Shown in pieces: positions 49,254 through 56,761 of a stretch of 64,000 bases of DNA. Below the pieces are notes generated by a model. The model searched no databases, was not told where the DNA came from, and saw only the letters and a list, made by a program, of their open reading frames with translations. Numbering within the stretch: position 1 is the stretch's first letter; every line of letters starts with the position of its first letter. The position numbers were made by a program, and so were the translations under genes. The DNA comes from a virus. Where the stretch lies: positions 25,168-89,167 of the IMG/VR virus record IMGVR_UViG_3300043395_003089; one strand, 5' to 3'.

Positions 49254-49745
49254 ATGCTGCTCTCCACGCCAACAGCCCTTCCCGTCGAGCTCATGGGGCC
49301 GATGCTCCAAGGGCCCGCCGAGGTAAAGTCGCTCCAACAGGCGCTCAAGAATTTGAGCGTCGCGACGCAGCGACCGGACATCGATCCGGGGCCCATCGAT
49401 GGCAACGTCAACCCGCAAACGGTGCAGGCCGTCATCGCCGGGCAAACGCTGCTCTCGGCCGAGCTGCCCTCGTGGGCGTTCGTCGCGTTGCAGGCGGCGC
49501 TCGCCGCGGGCGCGATGACGAGCAAGGCCAAGGAAGCTGTTGCCGCAGCGGCTGTTCCGCTCACCGTCGCCGCGAACACGGCCGCGGTGAAGTTCAAGAC
49601 GGCCAATCCCACGATGATGCCGAGCAGCGTCGTCGGTTTCTTCGCACCAGGCTGGTACAAGACGCCACTCGGGATCGCGTTGATCCTCGGCGCGGCGTTC
49701 GTCGGCTGGAAGCTGTTCTTCACTCCCCCCACCAAGGCGGCATGA
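49254..49745 (+). CDS. membrane-anchored protein with peptidoglycan-binding-like domain
   Basis: VKSLQQAL...DPGPIDG...T; WYKTPLG anchor. Confidence 0.7.
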   Translation: MLLSTPTALPVELMGPMLQGPAEVKSLQQALKNLSVATQRPDIDPGPIDGNVNPQTVQAVIAGQTLLSAELPSWAFVALQAALAAGAMTSKAKEAVAAAAVPLTVAANTAAVKFKTANPTMMPSSVVGFFAPGWYKTPLGIALILGAAFVGWKLFFTPPTKAA

Positions 49746-49748
49746 GCC

Positions 49749-50045
49749 ATGTTTCAACTTCGAGGACTCTCGGCAGATGATCAGTGGTCGGAAGCGGCCT
49801 CTGGCGAAGTGGTCGACATGAACGCCGAGGCCGGCGGCGCCAAGATCGTCGAGTCGATCAAGAATTTCTTCACCAGCGCGCCGACCGTCGCCGCGGTGAT
49901 GACGCAACCGACGCCGACGACGCAGACGACGACCATGTTCGCGATCCCGCGCCCCTGGTACAAGACGCCGATCGGTATCCTCGCGATCATCGGTGGCGGC
50001 TTCGTCGGCTGGAAGTACGTACTCCCCAAGCTCCGTAAGAAATAA
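49749..50045 (+). CDS. small membrane-anchored virion protein
   Basis: MFQLRGL; WYKTPIG anchor. Confidence 0.7.
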   Translation: MFQLRGLSADDQWSEAASGEVVDMNAEAGGAKIVESIKNFFTSAPTVAAVMTQPTPTTQTTTMFAIPRPWYKTPIGILAIIGGGFVGWKYVLPKLRKK

Positions 50046-50054
50046 GGAGTCGTC

Positions 50055-50480
50055 ATGTTGCAGCTACGCGGCAGTGGGCTCGGTGAAGATTGGTCGACGA
50101 TGACGCCCGACGAGGCACCGACCGGCGAGGATCGCCCTGCGGCTGCGGTCTACTGCGGAAAGAAGTACGGCACGACGAGCCCATACTTCCAACCGTGCGT
50201 TGACTTCTACGCCGGCCCGCACATCGGCGAGTACGTTCCATCGAGTGCGTCACCTGGTACCAAGATCACCAAGTTGCCGCCGATCTTCGGTGGTGGTTCT
50301 CCGTCGACGTTCTTGAACCCGAGCTCGACGGCGACCAACAAGATCGGCTCGGGTGGCGTGCTTCCGCTGCCGTCGATCCCCGTGGTCTTTCCGGCCGGTG
50401 TGCCGTGGTACAAGACGCCGCTCGGCATCGGCGCGCTCGTACTCGGCGGGATCTTCGCGTATCGTCGACTCAAGCGCTAA
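50055..50480 (+). CDS. small membrane-anchored virion protein
   Basis: MLQLRGSGLG; WYKTPLG anchor; AGGAG SD. Confidence 0.72.
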   Translation: MLQLRGSGLGEDWSTMTPDEAPTGEDRPAAAVYCGKKYGTTSPYFQPCVDFYAGPHIGEYVPSSASPGTKITKLPPIFGGGSPSTFLNPSSTATNKIGSGGVLPLPSIPVVFPAGVPWYKTPLGIGALVLGGIFAYRRLKR

Positions 50481-50489
50481 GGAGCTTCG

Positions 50490-50804
50490 ATGTCGACCGC
50501 GGCTGACGCAGCACAAGGGTTCTTGAACGTTGTTGCAGACCCGTGCTTGCCGCAGGTCGGGCAGCTCCTGTTTCGCCTGCACGAGCTCGAAGCGACGCCC
50601 GACGATCCGACGCAGCCACCAAAGCCGGTGCAAGCCTCGCTCGGCATCGGGCTCTGCAAGGTCGTCACGCCGCTCAAGGCCGTCGTGTTCCTGCGCGAGA
50701 ACCCGGTGATCGGCGTCGCTGCGATCGCCGGTTTCTTCGGGATCTTCGTTGGCATCGGTTATCGCCTCGGGCATCGCTCGGGCCGTAGGAGCCTCAAGCC
50801 ATGA
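50490..50804 (+). CDS. small membrane protein
   Basis: AAGGAG SD; C-terminal TM. Confidence 0.68.
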   Translation: MSTAADAAQGFLNVVADPCLPQVGQLLFRLHELEATPDDPTQPPKPVQASLGIGLCKVVTPLKAVVFLRENPVIGVAAIAGFFGIFVGIGYRLGHRSGRRSLKP

Positions 50805-51058
50805 GTGCCGCGATTGTCAGGTTCACCAACAGCGTCGGCGTCGCGCCGGGCACGACGACGATGCAGCTCGGTCAGATCGGCGGCACCCGGCGCTGGGATA
50901 TGTACCAGGACATGATCGCGCTCAACGACGCGTCGATCCCGCCGCCGCCGCTTCAAGACCGGCCAATCCGTTGGGATATCGTCGCCATCATCGGCGGCGG
51001 GTCGCTGATTGTCGCGCTCGGCGCGGCGTTCCTCGCGGCTGCATTTGCCCGGCGATGA
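50801..51058 (+). CDS. small membrane protein
   Basis: ATGA coupling; C-terminal TM + RR. Confidence 0.68.
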   Translation: MSAAIVRFTNSVGVAPGTTTMQLGQIGGTRRWDMYQDMIALNDASIPPPPLQDRPIRWDIVAIIGGGSLIVALGAAFLAAAFARR

Positions 51059-51405
51059 AATTCGAACGGACATCCAATGGTGTCTCGTTCGCCTGTCCTG
51101 GCTGCGGCGATCGACATTACATCCCCGTCGAGGGAGATAGCGCCAAGTGGGTGTGGAACGGCTCACTCGACATGCCAACGCTTACGCCATCGATCGACGT
51201 CAAGAGCGGTCACTACGGCTCAACGTGGAAACAAGGTGACTCCTGTTGGTGTACGTACAATGCCGCGCATCCCGAGCGGCCAAGTAGCTTCACGTGCTAT
51301 CGCTGCCACTCGATCATTACCGACGGTAAAATCTCGTTCTGCACCGACAGTACCCATGCACTCGCCGGACAAGTCGTAGACCTGCCCGAGATCCCTGCGA
51401 GGTAG
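51055..51405 (+). CDS. DUF6527-like Cys/His protein
   Basis: CPGCG..H...W.WNGS...PTLTPSI...CHS.ITDG.I.FC.DSTH.LAG. Confidence 0.8.
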   Translation: MKFERTSNGVSFACPGCGDRHYIPVEGDSAKWVWNGSLDMPTLTPSIDVKSGHYGSTWKQGDSCWCTYNAAHPERPSSFTCYRCHSIITDGKISFCTDSTHALAGQVVDLPEIPAR

Positions 51406-51443
51406 GCTGTTCGCCCGACGATAGCTGTGATAGCCTCGCTGTC

Positions 51444-51668
51444 ATGGCAAAGCGCTGGACTCCTACCGCGAAGACTCTCGACAACGTGATCAAGCGCGTC
51501 AAAGTCGGTGACGCGATTTCGAATCCTGTGTGCGCCGCACGAACCGGCACTCACGCGAAGCGTTCGGCTGCGTATCAGCTCGCGGATCGCATCGATGCCA
51601 AGCTCGATGCGAAAGGGCTTCGCATCGACAACACGGCGCTCTGCATCGGCTACGTCGAGCGCAAGTAG
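51444..51668 (+). CDS. small basic protein
   Basis: GTGATAGCCT 7 nt upstream. Confidence 0.65.
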   Translation: MAKRWTPTAKTLDNVIKRVKVGDAISNPVCAARTGTHAKRSAAYQLADRIDAKLDAKGLRIDNTALCIGYVERK

Positions 51669-51952
51669 GTTGTGATAGCCTAGCGGCATGCTTCGCAGCG
51701 TGTTCGCACCCTACGGCAAGATCCCGGGCTCGCGTCGCGCCGGGCACGACGACGATGCAACTCGGTCAGATCGGCGGCACCCGGCGCTGGGATCTGTACC
51801 AGGACATGATCTCGCTCAACGACGCGTCGATCCCACCGCCGCCGCTTCAAGACCGGCCGATCCGTTGGGATATCGTCGCCATCATCGGTGGCGGGTCGCT
51901 GATCGTCGCGCTCGGCGCGGCCTTCCTCGCGGCTGCATTCGCCCGACGATAG
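51662..51952 (+). pseudogene. chimeric duplicate: 5' end of 52188 gene joined out of frame to a 3' copy of the 50801 gene
   Basis: 51662-51732 = 52162-52232; 51732-51950 nearly identical to 50838-51056. Confidence 0.85.
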
Positions 51953-51970
51953 CTGTGATAGCCTAGCGGC

Positions 51971-52168
51971 ATGGCGACGTTTCGCACGTATTACAACACT
52001 GGCTCCGTGCGCAAAGGAACCGACCGCGCGCAGACGACATTTCATCGCTCGAAGCGTGCAGCGATGAAGGAAGCTTGTAGGCTATCAAAGTTCACCAAGG
52101 GCTACGTGACCGTCGATCGAAACGGGATCGAAGTTGGCTCGTGCTTCAGGGGTAAGCCGGTCAAGTAG
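51971..52168 (+). CDS. small basic protein
   Basis: GTGATAGCCT 6 nt upstream; K/R-rich, 2 Cys. Confidence 0.65.
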   Translation: MATFRTYYNTGSVRKGTDRAQTTFHRSKRAAMKEACRLSKFTKGYVTVDRNGIEVGSCFRGKPVK

Positions 52169-52187
52169 GTTGTGATAGCCTAGCGGC

Positions 52188-52802
52188 ATGCTTCGCAGCG
52201 TGTTCGCACCCTACGGCAAGATCCCGGGCTCGTGGCCCACCGGCATCACACAGAGCCGTGGGCCCCGCGGCGAGTATTTGCAGCCGTACGATCCGCAGTA
52301 CAACACGCGTGATCAGGCCGGCTACTACCACGACACGCCGCTCGGCAGGCCGTCGCTGTTCCAGCGCTGGCGCCGTCGCCGCACGCTCAAGAAAGCGCTC
52401 GGCGCGATCCCGACCGATTTCGAGATGGCGTCGCTGTACAACTACACGCCGGTCGCAAGCGGCTGGATCTCGACCGAGCAAGGCTACCTGACGCCGCCGT
52501 GGCTACCACCGAACGGCTACAACCAGGGCGGCTACCCGGTGCCCGTGCAGCCCAACGACGGCGGCGGCAAGCCCGAGAGCTCGATGGCGCTGCGGTTCTA
52601 CACGCCCGAGCGCGCCCGCGATCCCAACTGGAACACGACGACGCTCGGCGACGGTGCGCCGGCCAGCGTCGAGGATGTCGTCGCGCAGATGAACGCGCAC
52701 AACGATCGCGTGTTCGCGCTCGCACTGGTGTCGACGACGGCGGTTGCCGTCTCGGCGATCATCACGGTGTTCCGCACGCTGCGGCTCATCCGCAAGGACT
52801 AA
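52188..52802 (+). CDS. membrane-anchored virion protein
   Basis: GTGATAGCCT upstream; C-terminal TM. Confidence 0.72.
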   Translation: MLRSVFAPYGKIPGSWPTGITQSRGPRGEYLQPYDPQYNTRDQAGYYHDTPLGRPSLFQRWRRRRTLKKALGAIPTDFEMASLYNYTPVASGWISTEQGYLTPPWLPPNGYNQGGYPVPVQPNDGGGKPESSMALRFYTPERARDPNWNTTTLGDGAPASVEDVVAQMNAHNDRVFALALVSTTAVAVSAIITVFRTLRLIRKD

Positions 52803-52940
52803 ACGCCATGATGCCGCCGTACCCCCGATTACTCGGGTGGCTAGCGGCGCTCGCTACCGTCGCCGGGAATGGCGCTGCCGCTCGTGCCTACTTCGAGCAG
52901 CTCGTCTCGTGGTGCTTTTTCTCTGACCGTACTGTCGATC

Positions 52941-53159
52941 TCACCGACGACTGAATACGAGCGCCCTTGCGTGAAAGCCTCGCGAGGCGGCTTCGCGAAC
53001 AGCTCCGGGATACATCTCGGTGTGCTTACGTTTGCCGCAAACCAGGCACTTCTGAAGCATCTGCGGAGGGCTACTTTTGATCACCTTCATCTTGATGTGC
53101 CCAGTTGCGTCTAGTTTCAGCTTGGCAACAGCTTCGAGCACTTCGCGTTGCGTTCTCAT
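52941..53159 (-). CDS. small CxxC protein
   Basis: ATGA coupling; CLVCG. Confidence 0.5.
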   Translation of the reverse strand: MRTQREVLEAVAKLKLDATGHIKMKVIKSSPPQMLQKCLVCGKRKHTEMYPGAVREAASRGFHARALVFSRR

Positions 53160-53839
53160 CGCGAGTAGAGCGCGAACGGGCGCGACTTGTGGCCGGTGCG
53201 AACGCGTGGATCACAGAAGATCTTGCCGCCGGTTGTGCGCACGACGCGGCACGCGTACTTGTCTTCGGGCAGGCCGTGCGCAAACTGAAACAGCTCAGAG
53301 CTGTAGGTGCGCCGCATGCTCATCGCGAAACACGCCGTCGCGCACGCATCGATCGGGAACAGGTGCCGCGACGTCAGATCGGCGAGATCCTCGCCGCGCG
53401 TGAACGTCAGCGGTTCGAGCTGATCGATGTTGAGCGAGCCCTCGCGCTTGCGGTAGACCATGTACTCGTCGTGCTCCGAGGCCTGTAGCCGGCGACGGAT
53501 GACCGGCGCACAGACGATCGCGGCGTCCGCACGATCGGCATCGGAGATCATACGCAAGAGCTGTTGCCCGGCGTCTTCGGTCTGATCGATCGGCTCGACC
53601 CACGTATCGGCATCGATCATGAGCAGCCAGTCAGCGTTGTGGCGCCTCGCGGCGACCACGAGATCGTTACGCGCCTTCGAGATCGGGTTGACGTCGATCG
53701 TCTCGAACATCACGAGCTCGAACCGCTCGGGCGAGCCGGACAGTGTAGCTCCCATCTCCATCCACATGCGAGCATGGTGCGCCGTCAAGCTATCGCCGTA
53801 GGCGGGTAAGCCGATCGCCAATTTCAGCCTGTTGCTCAT
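53156..53839 (-). CDS. GT-A fold glycosyltransferase-like protein
   Basis: IGLPAY, ARN, LMIDAD (DxD), EDKYAC, GH. Confidence 0.8.
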   Translation of the reverse strand: MSNRLKLAIGLPAYGDSLTAHHARMWMEMGATLSGSPERFELVMFETIDVNPISKARNDLVVAARRHNADWLLMIDADTWVEPIDQTEDAGQQLLRMISDADRADAAIVCAPVIRRRLQASEHDEYMVYRKREGSLNIDQLEPLTFTRGEDLADLTSRHLFPIDACATACFAMSMRRTYSSELFQFAHGLPEDKYACRVVRTTGGKIFCDPRVRTGHKSRPFALYSR

Positions 53840-53868
53840 ATTCCTGTCCCCTTGGTATTGTTCATCTC

Positions 53869-54159
53869 ATGCTCGGTACAGCGCTTGGAAGCCCCTCGAC
53901 AGCGATCGCCGGTCCCAAACTGCCAACGTACAAGACCGCGGCGCGCGTGCTCGAAGGCTCCAAGGGCTCCGGGCTCGCGCTCGTCGGCTGGACGATGGCA
54001 CGTACGATCCTGATCGCGCCGGCCATGCAAATCGTCGGCGTCGAATGGAAGAAAGCATGGCTCGGGGCGTTGCTGGCATCGGGCATCATGTCGCTGTTCG
54101 TGCTGATTCGGCTTTTCGACGCGCGGAAGACGAACCTCGCTGGCTTGCGACGGCGCTAG
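53869..54159 (+). CDS. small membrane protein
   Basis: Two hydrophobic segments; ends LAGLRRR. Confidence 0.65.
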   Translation: MLGTALGSPSTAIAGPKLPTYKTAARVLEGSKGSGLALVGWTMARTILIAPAMQIVGVEWKKAWLGALLASGIMSLFVLIRLFDARKTNLAGLRRR

Positions 54160-54504
54160 AACGCTTTCGCTTTGGTTTGGTTAGTTCGTACGGTTTACTT
54201 GCCTGAGTCAGCGCTTCTTGAGCACGAATAGTCATTCGGCGCTCGAAGTGTTCTGCGGCTTCTTGCTCGGACATCTTGATGTCGATCATGTCGTCGGTGT
54301 CACCCACAAGGACAACGCCACGATTCCCTGCGCGGGTGACATCCGACTTGGCTTGCCCGATCGTCGTGCGAAACCGAATACGGTCGGTAGCTCGTGGGGC
54401 TTTGGCATGCGGACAGCCGCCCCATTCAACACGGCTAGAACGACATGGAGACGCGTGCGTGCACGCTAGAATCGTTCGTCCAGGCACTATCGACGCGTAG
54501 AACT

Positions 54505-54714
54505 TCATCTCACCGCGAAGCCCGGCGCACGGATCTCCGATTCCTCGGCGAACAGCACGCAGTGGTCGGCCTTCACGATGTTACTGCCCCGAGGCAGGAT
54601 CTCGAACTTGATCGCGCGTCCATCAGCGTCACGCTCGATGATCTTGAACGGCACAGCGCGCAGCGTGCGCCCACCAGGAAGTTGGATGACGGACGGAACA
54701 GATTTCAGTGCCAT
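54505..54714 (-). CDS. hypothetical protein
   Basis: Start MALKSVPS. Confidence 0.5.
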   Translation of the reverse strand: MALKSVPSVIQLPGGRTLRAVPFKIIERDADGRAIKFEILPRGSNIVKADHCVLFAEESEIRAPGFAVR

Positions 54715-55946
54715 GGATTGGGTGCTTTCGGTTTGTAGGTGTGGACGAGCGCGGCCCCATTTTCGGGGCCCTTCCAGTACGCCTCGACGTAGATCTCTTT
54801 GCGCAGAGAGTGATTCGATCCGTACGCTTGCTGCTTGAAGTGGCCGCGCACGATGTGGCGATGCTTGAGCCGAAACGTGATCTCGTGGCTGCCCTGTCGC
54901 GCGGCGCGCACCAGCTCGGGGTGTAGCTTGATCGTACGGCCGACCGTCCAGCGCTTGGGTTGTTGCTCGGTTGTCTTCGCTTTGCGTTCCTTGCGCTGAA
55001 CCTCGACGGGTTCGAGCGCGGTCTTCACCGCGTTGATGTACGCCAGCGTCGAGAACACGAGCATCTGGATCGTGTGCACGACGTGTAGATCTTCGGGATG
55101 CTCGATGTCTTCGTTGGCCGCATCGATCTTGTCCCACGTTAGGCCATCGCGCTTGACCACGAAGTTGAAGCCGATCGTGCCTGTCGTCGCATGGATGCAA
55201 AGCCGCGAGCCCGGAAACGGCGTGAGCAGCTTCTCCATGCTGTTGTTGATGAACGCGGGCGTGTTCTTGGCGTCTTTAGTTGCGCGATCAAGGATCTCTC
55301 TCGCTTCGTCACGTGGCAGCTTGCCAAGCTCCTTGTTGACATTCTTCGCAGCGGTCAGCATCGAAGCCTCGCGCTCGGTGATCTCGTTGACGTGGATCTT
55401 GGTGTAGCTACGCCCCTCGCCATCGCGCGCGAAACCGTCCGGGATCAGGATCAAGATGCCGCCGAATGGTAGCCGCGTACGCGCGATGTCGATCTCGCGC
55501 GAGTCGGTGAGTAGCATCGCCGCGACGAAATCGGGCGACAAGTCGAACACGTTGTAGCCATCACGACCCCACGCGACGAGGAAGCGGCCGAGGATCTCTT
55601 GCGTGGTCTGGATCTTCGCGAGGCCCTCGTCGGTAGGCTCGTTGATGTAGTCCTCGACGACTCGCATGCTCTTATCGACTTCGCCGAACGAATAGGCAGC
55701 ACGCCCGATGTTGTCGGTCAGCTTCTCTAGCGAGGCGTCAATCTCGGCGACAGCGGCATGATGGGGTAGCTTCGCCGTGAGCGAGGCTGCGCGCTTGAAT
55801 GCGAGCTCGCCATCCAGACGATCGTCTTCGTGCTTCTGACGAATGCGCATGTACTCGGGCACACGCAGGAACGGATCGTCCTTGTCGGGGTTCTCGCGAA
55901 GCCAATCGCTCGCAGCCTGCATGAGTTGCTTGGTGTAGCTACTCAC
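54705..55946 (-). CDS. conserved phage hypothetical protein
   Basis: C-terminal HIVRGHFK.Q.YG...RK.I....YWKG motif common in phage proteins. Confidence 0.75.
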   Translation of the reverse strand: MSSYTKQLMQAASDWLRENPDKDDPFLRVPEYMRIRQKHEDDRLDGELAFKRAASLTAKLPHHAAVAEIDASLEKLTDNIGRAAYSFGEVDKSMRVVEDYINEPTDEGLAKIQTTQEILGRFLVAWGRDGYNVFDLSPDFVAAMLLTDSREIDIARTRLPFGGILILIPDGFARDGEGRSYTKIHVNEITEREASMLTAAKNVNKELGKLPRDEAREILDRATKDAKNTPAFINNSMEKLLTPFPGSRLCIHATTGTIGFNFVVKRDGLTWDKIDAANEDIEHPEDLHVVHTIQMLVFSTLAYINAVKTALEPVEVQRKERKAKTTEQQPKRWTVGRTIKLHPELVRAARQGSHEITFRLKHRHIVRGHFKQQAYGSNHSLRKEIYVEAYWKGPENGAALVHTYKPKAPNPWH

Positions 55947-56205
55947 GACGAGACTCCCGCCAATGCTGCACGGCGAAGATCAATGGCACCGCCGGCCAGA
56001 TCAAGCTAAGCGCGATGCTGATCCCGAGCGTCGCCGCGAACCACGACCACGCAAACGCGAGGTGCCGATCACGGGTGATCGTTGCCCCGAAGATCGGGAA
56101 CCACACGAGCGCGACGACGAGTAGATAATGCAGCGGCCCGATGCCGAGCAGTGCGAGCGCTGAGACTCCGCACGCGAGTAGCGTTTCGATGATGAAGCGC
56201 AACAT
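55939..56205 (-). CDS. membrane protein
   Basis: Three hydrophobic segments. Confidence 0.55.
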   Translation of the reverse strand: MLRFIIETLLACGVSALALLGIGPLHYLLVVALVWFPIFGATITRDRHLAFAWSWFAATLGISIALSLIWPAVPLIFAVQHWRESRRE

Positions 56206-56729
56206 CAGAACGGGCCCTCGGGCACTTCCTCGTCGACGAAGCCGCTATCCCCACAGCGCGAGCAAGCGCTCGCCAACGTTTTACCAGTGCATGTTGGACA
56301 GCGCACTCTATTACCCGTTCGTCTCACGACTGGTTCGAGTGGCGGCGTGGGTGGTGTCGGCTCGGCGTCGGCGCGAAACAGAACCAAGAGATCGATGATG
56401 GGGTCGATCTCGCTGGGGGGCCGCTTGAGAGCCGCTGCGCCCTGCGAGCGACGCACGCGATTGACTGTACCGAGACGCTTCACGTGCTGACCTAATTGAG
56501 TCAGAGACCTTGATTCGATGTCCTTCAGCGTACTCTTCGTCCAGAACCTAAGCTGGCTCCACACGAATACGCTCGCGAGACGGAGATCATGTCTCGCGAT
56601 CAATTGCTCCTCGTCGTGGCATCGAACCAAGACCCACTCCGACTCGTGCTCGTCGATACCAGGTAGCTCGACCGTCGCGTCTTTGAGGCAACGATCGCAG
56701 ATGATGCGCGGTAGGGCTGGCTCGGCCAT
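56205..56729 (-). CDS. zinc-finger hypothetical protein
   Basis: CDRC, CPTC.G, CSRCG; follows class I motif. Confidence 0.6.
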   Translation of the reverse strand: MAEPALPRIICDRCLKDATVELPGIDEHESEWVLVRCHDEEQLIARHDLRLASVFVWSQLRFWTKSTLKDIESRSLTQLGQHVKRLGTVNRVRRSQGAAALKRPPSEIDPIIDLLVLFRADAEPTPPTPPLEPVVRRTGNRVRCPTCTGKTLASACSRCGDSGFVDEEVPEGPF

Positions 56730-56761
56730 CGAGCGCTAACCCTACCGCGCTGGTCTGCCAG

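Noticed and set aside
47904-49907. 667-aa minus-strand ORF
   Set aside because: Shadow of + strand genes that have promoter motifs and TM anchors
50838-51950. Duplicated segment as a diversity-generating retroelement TR/VR pair
   Set aside because: No reverse transcriptase in the window, and differences are mostly synonymous and not adenine-specific
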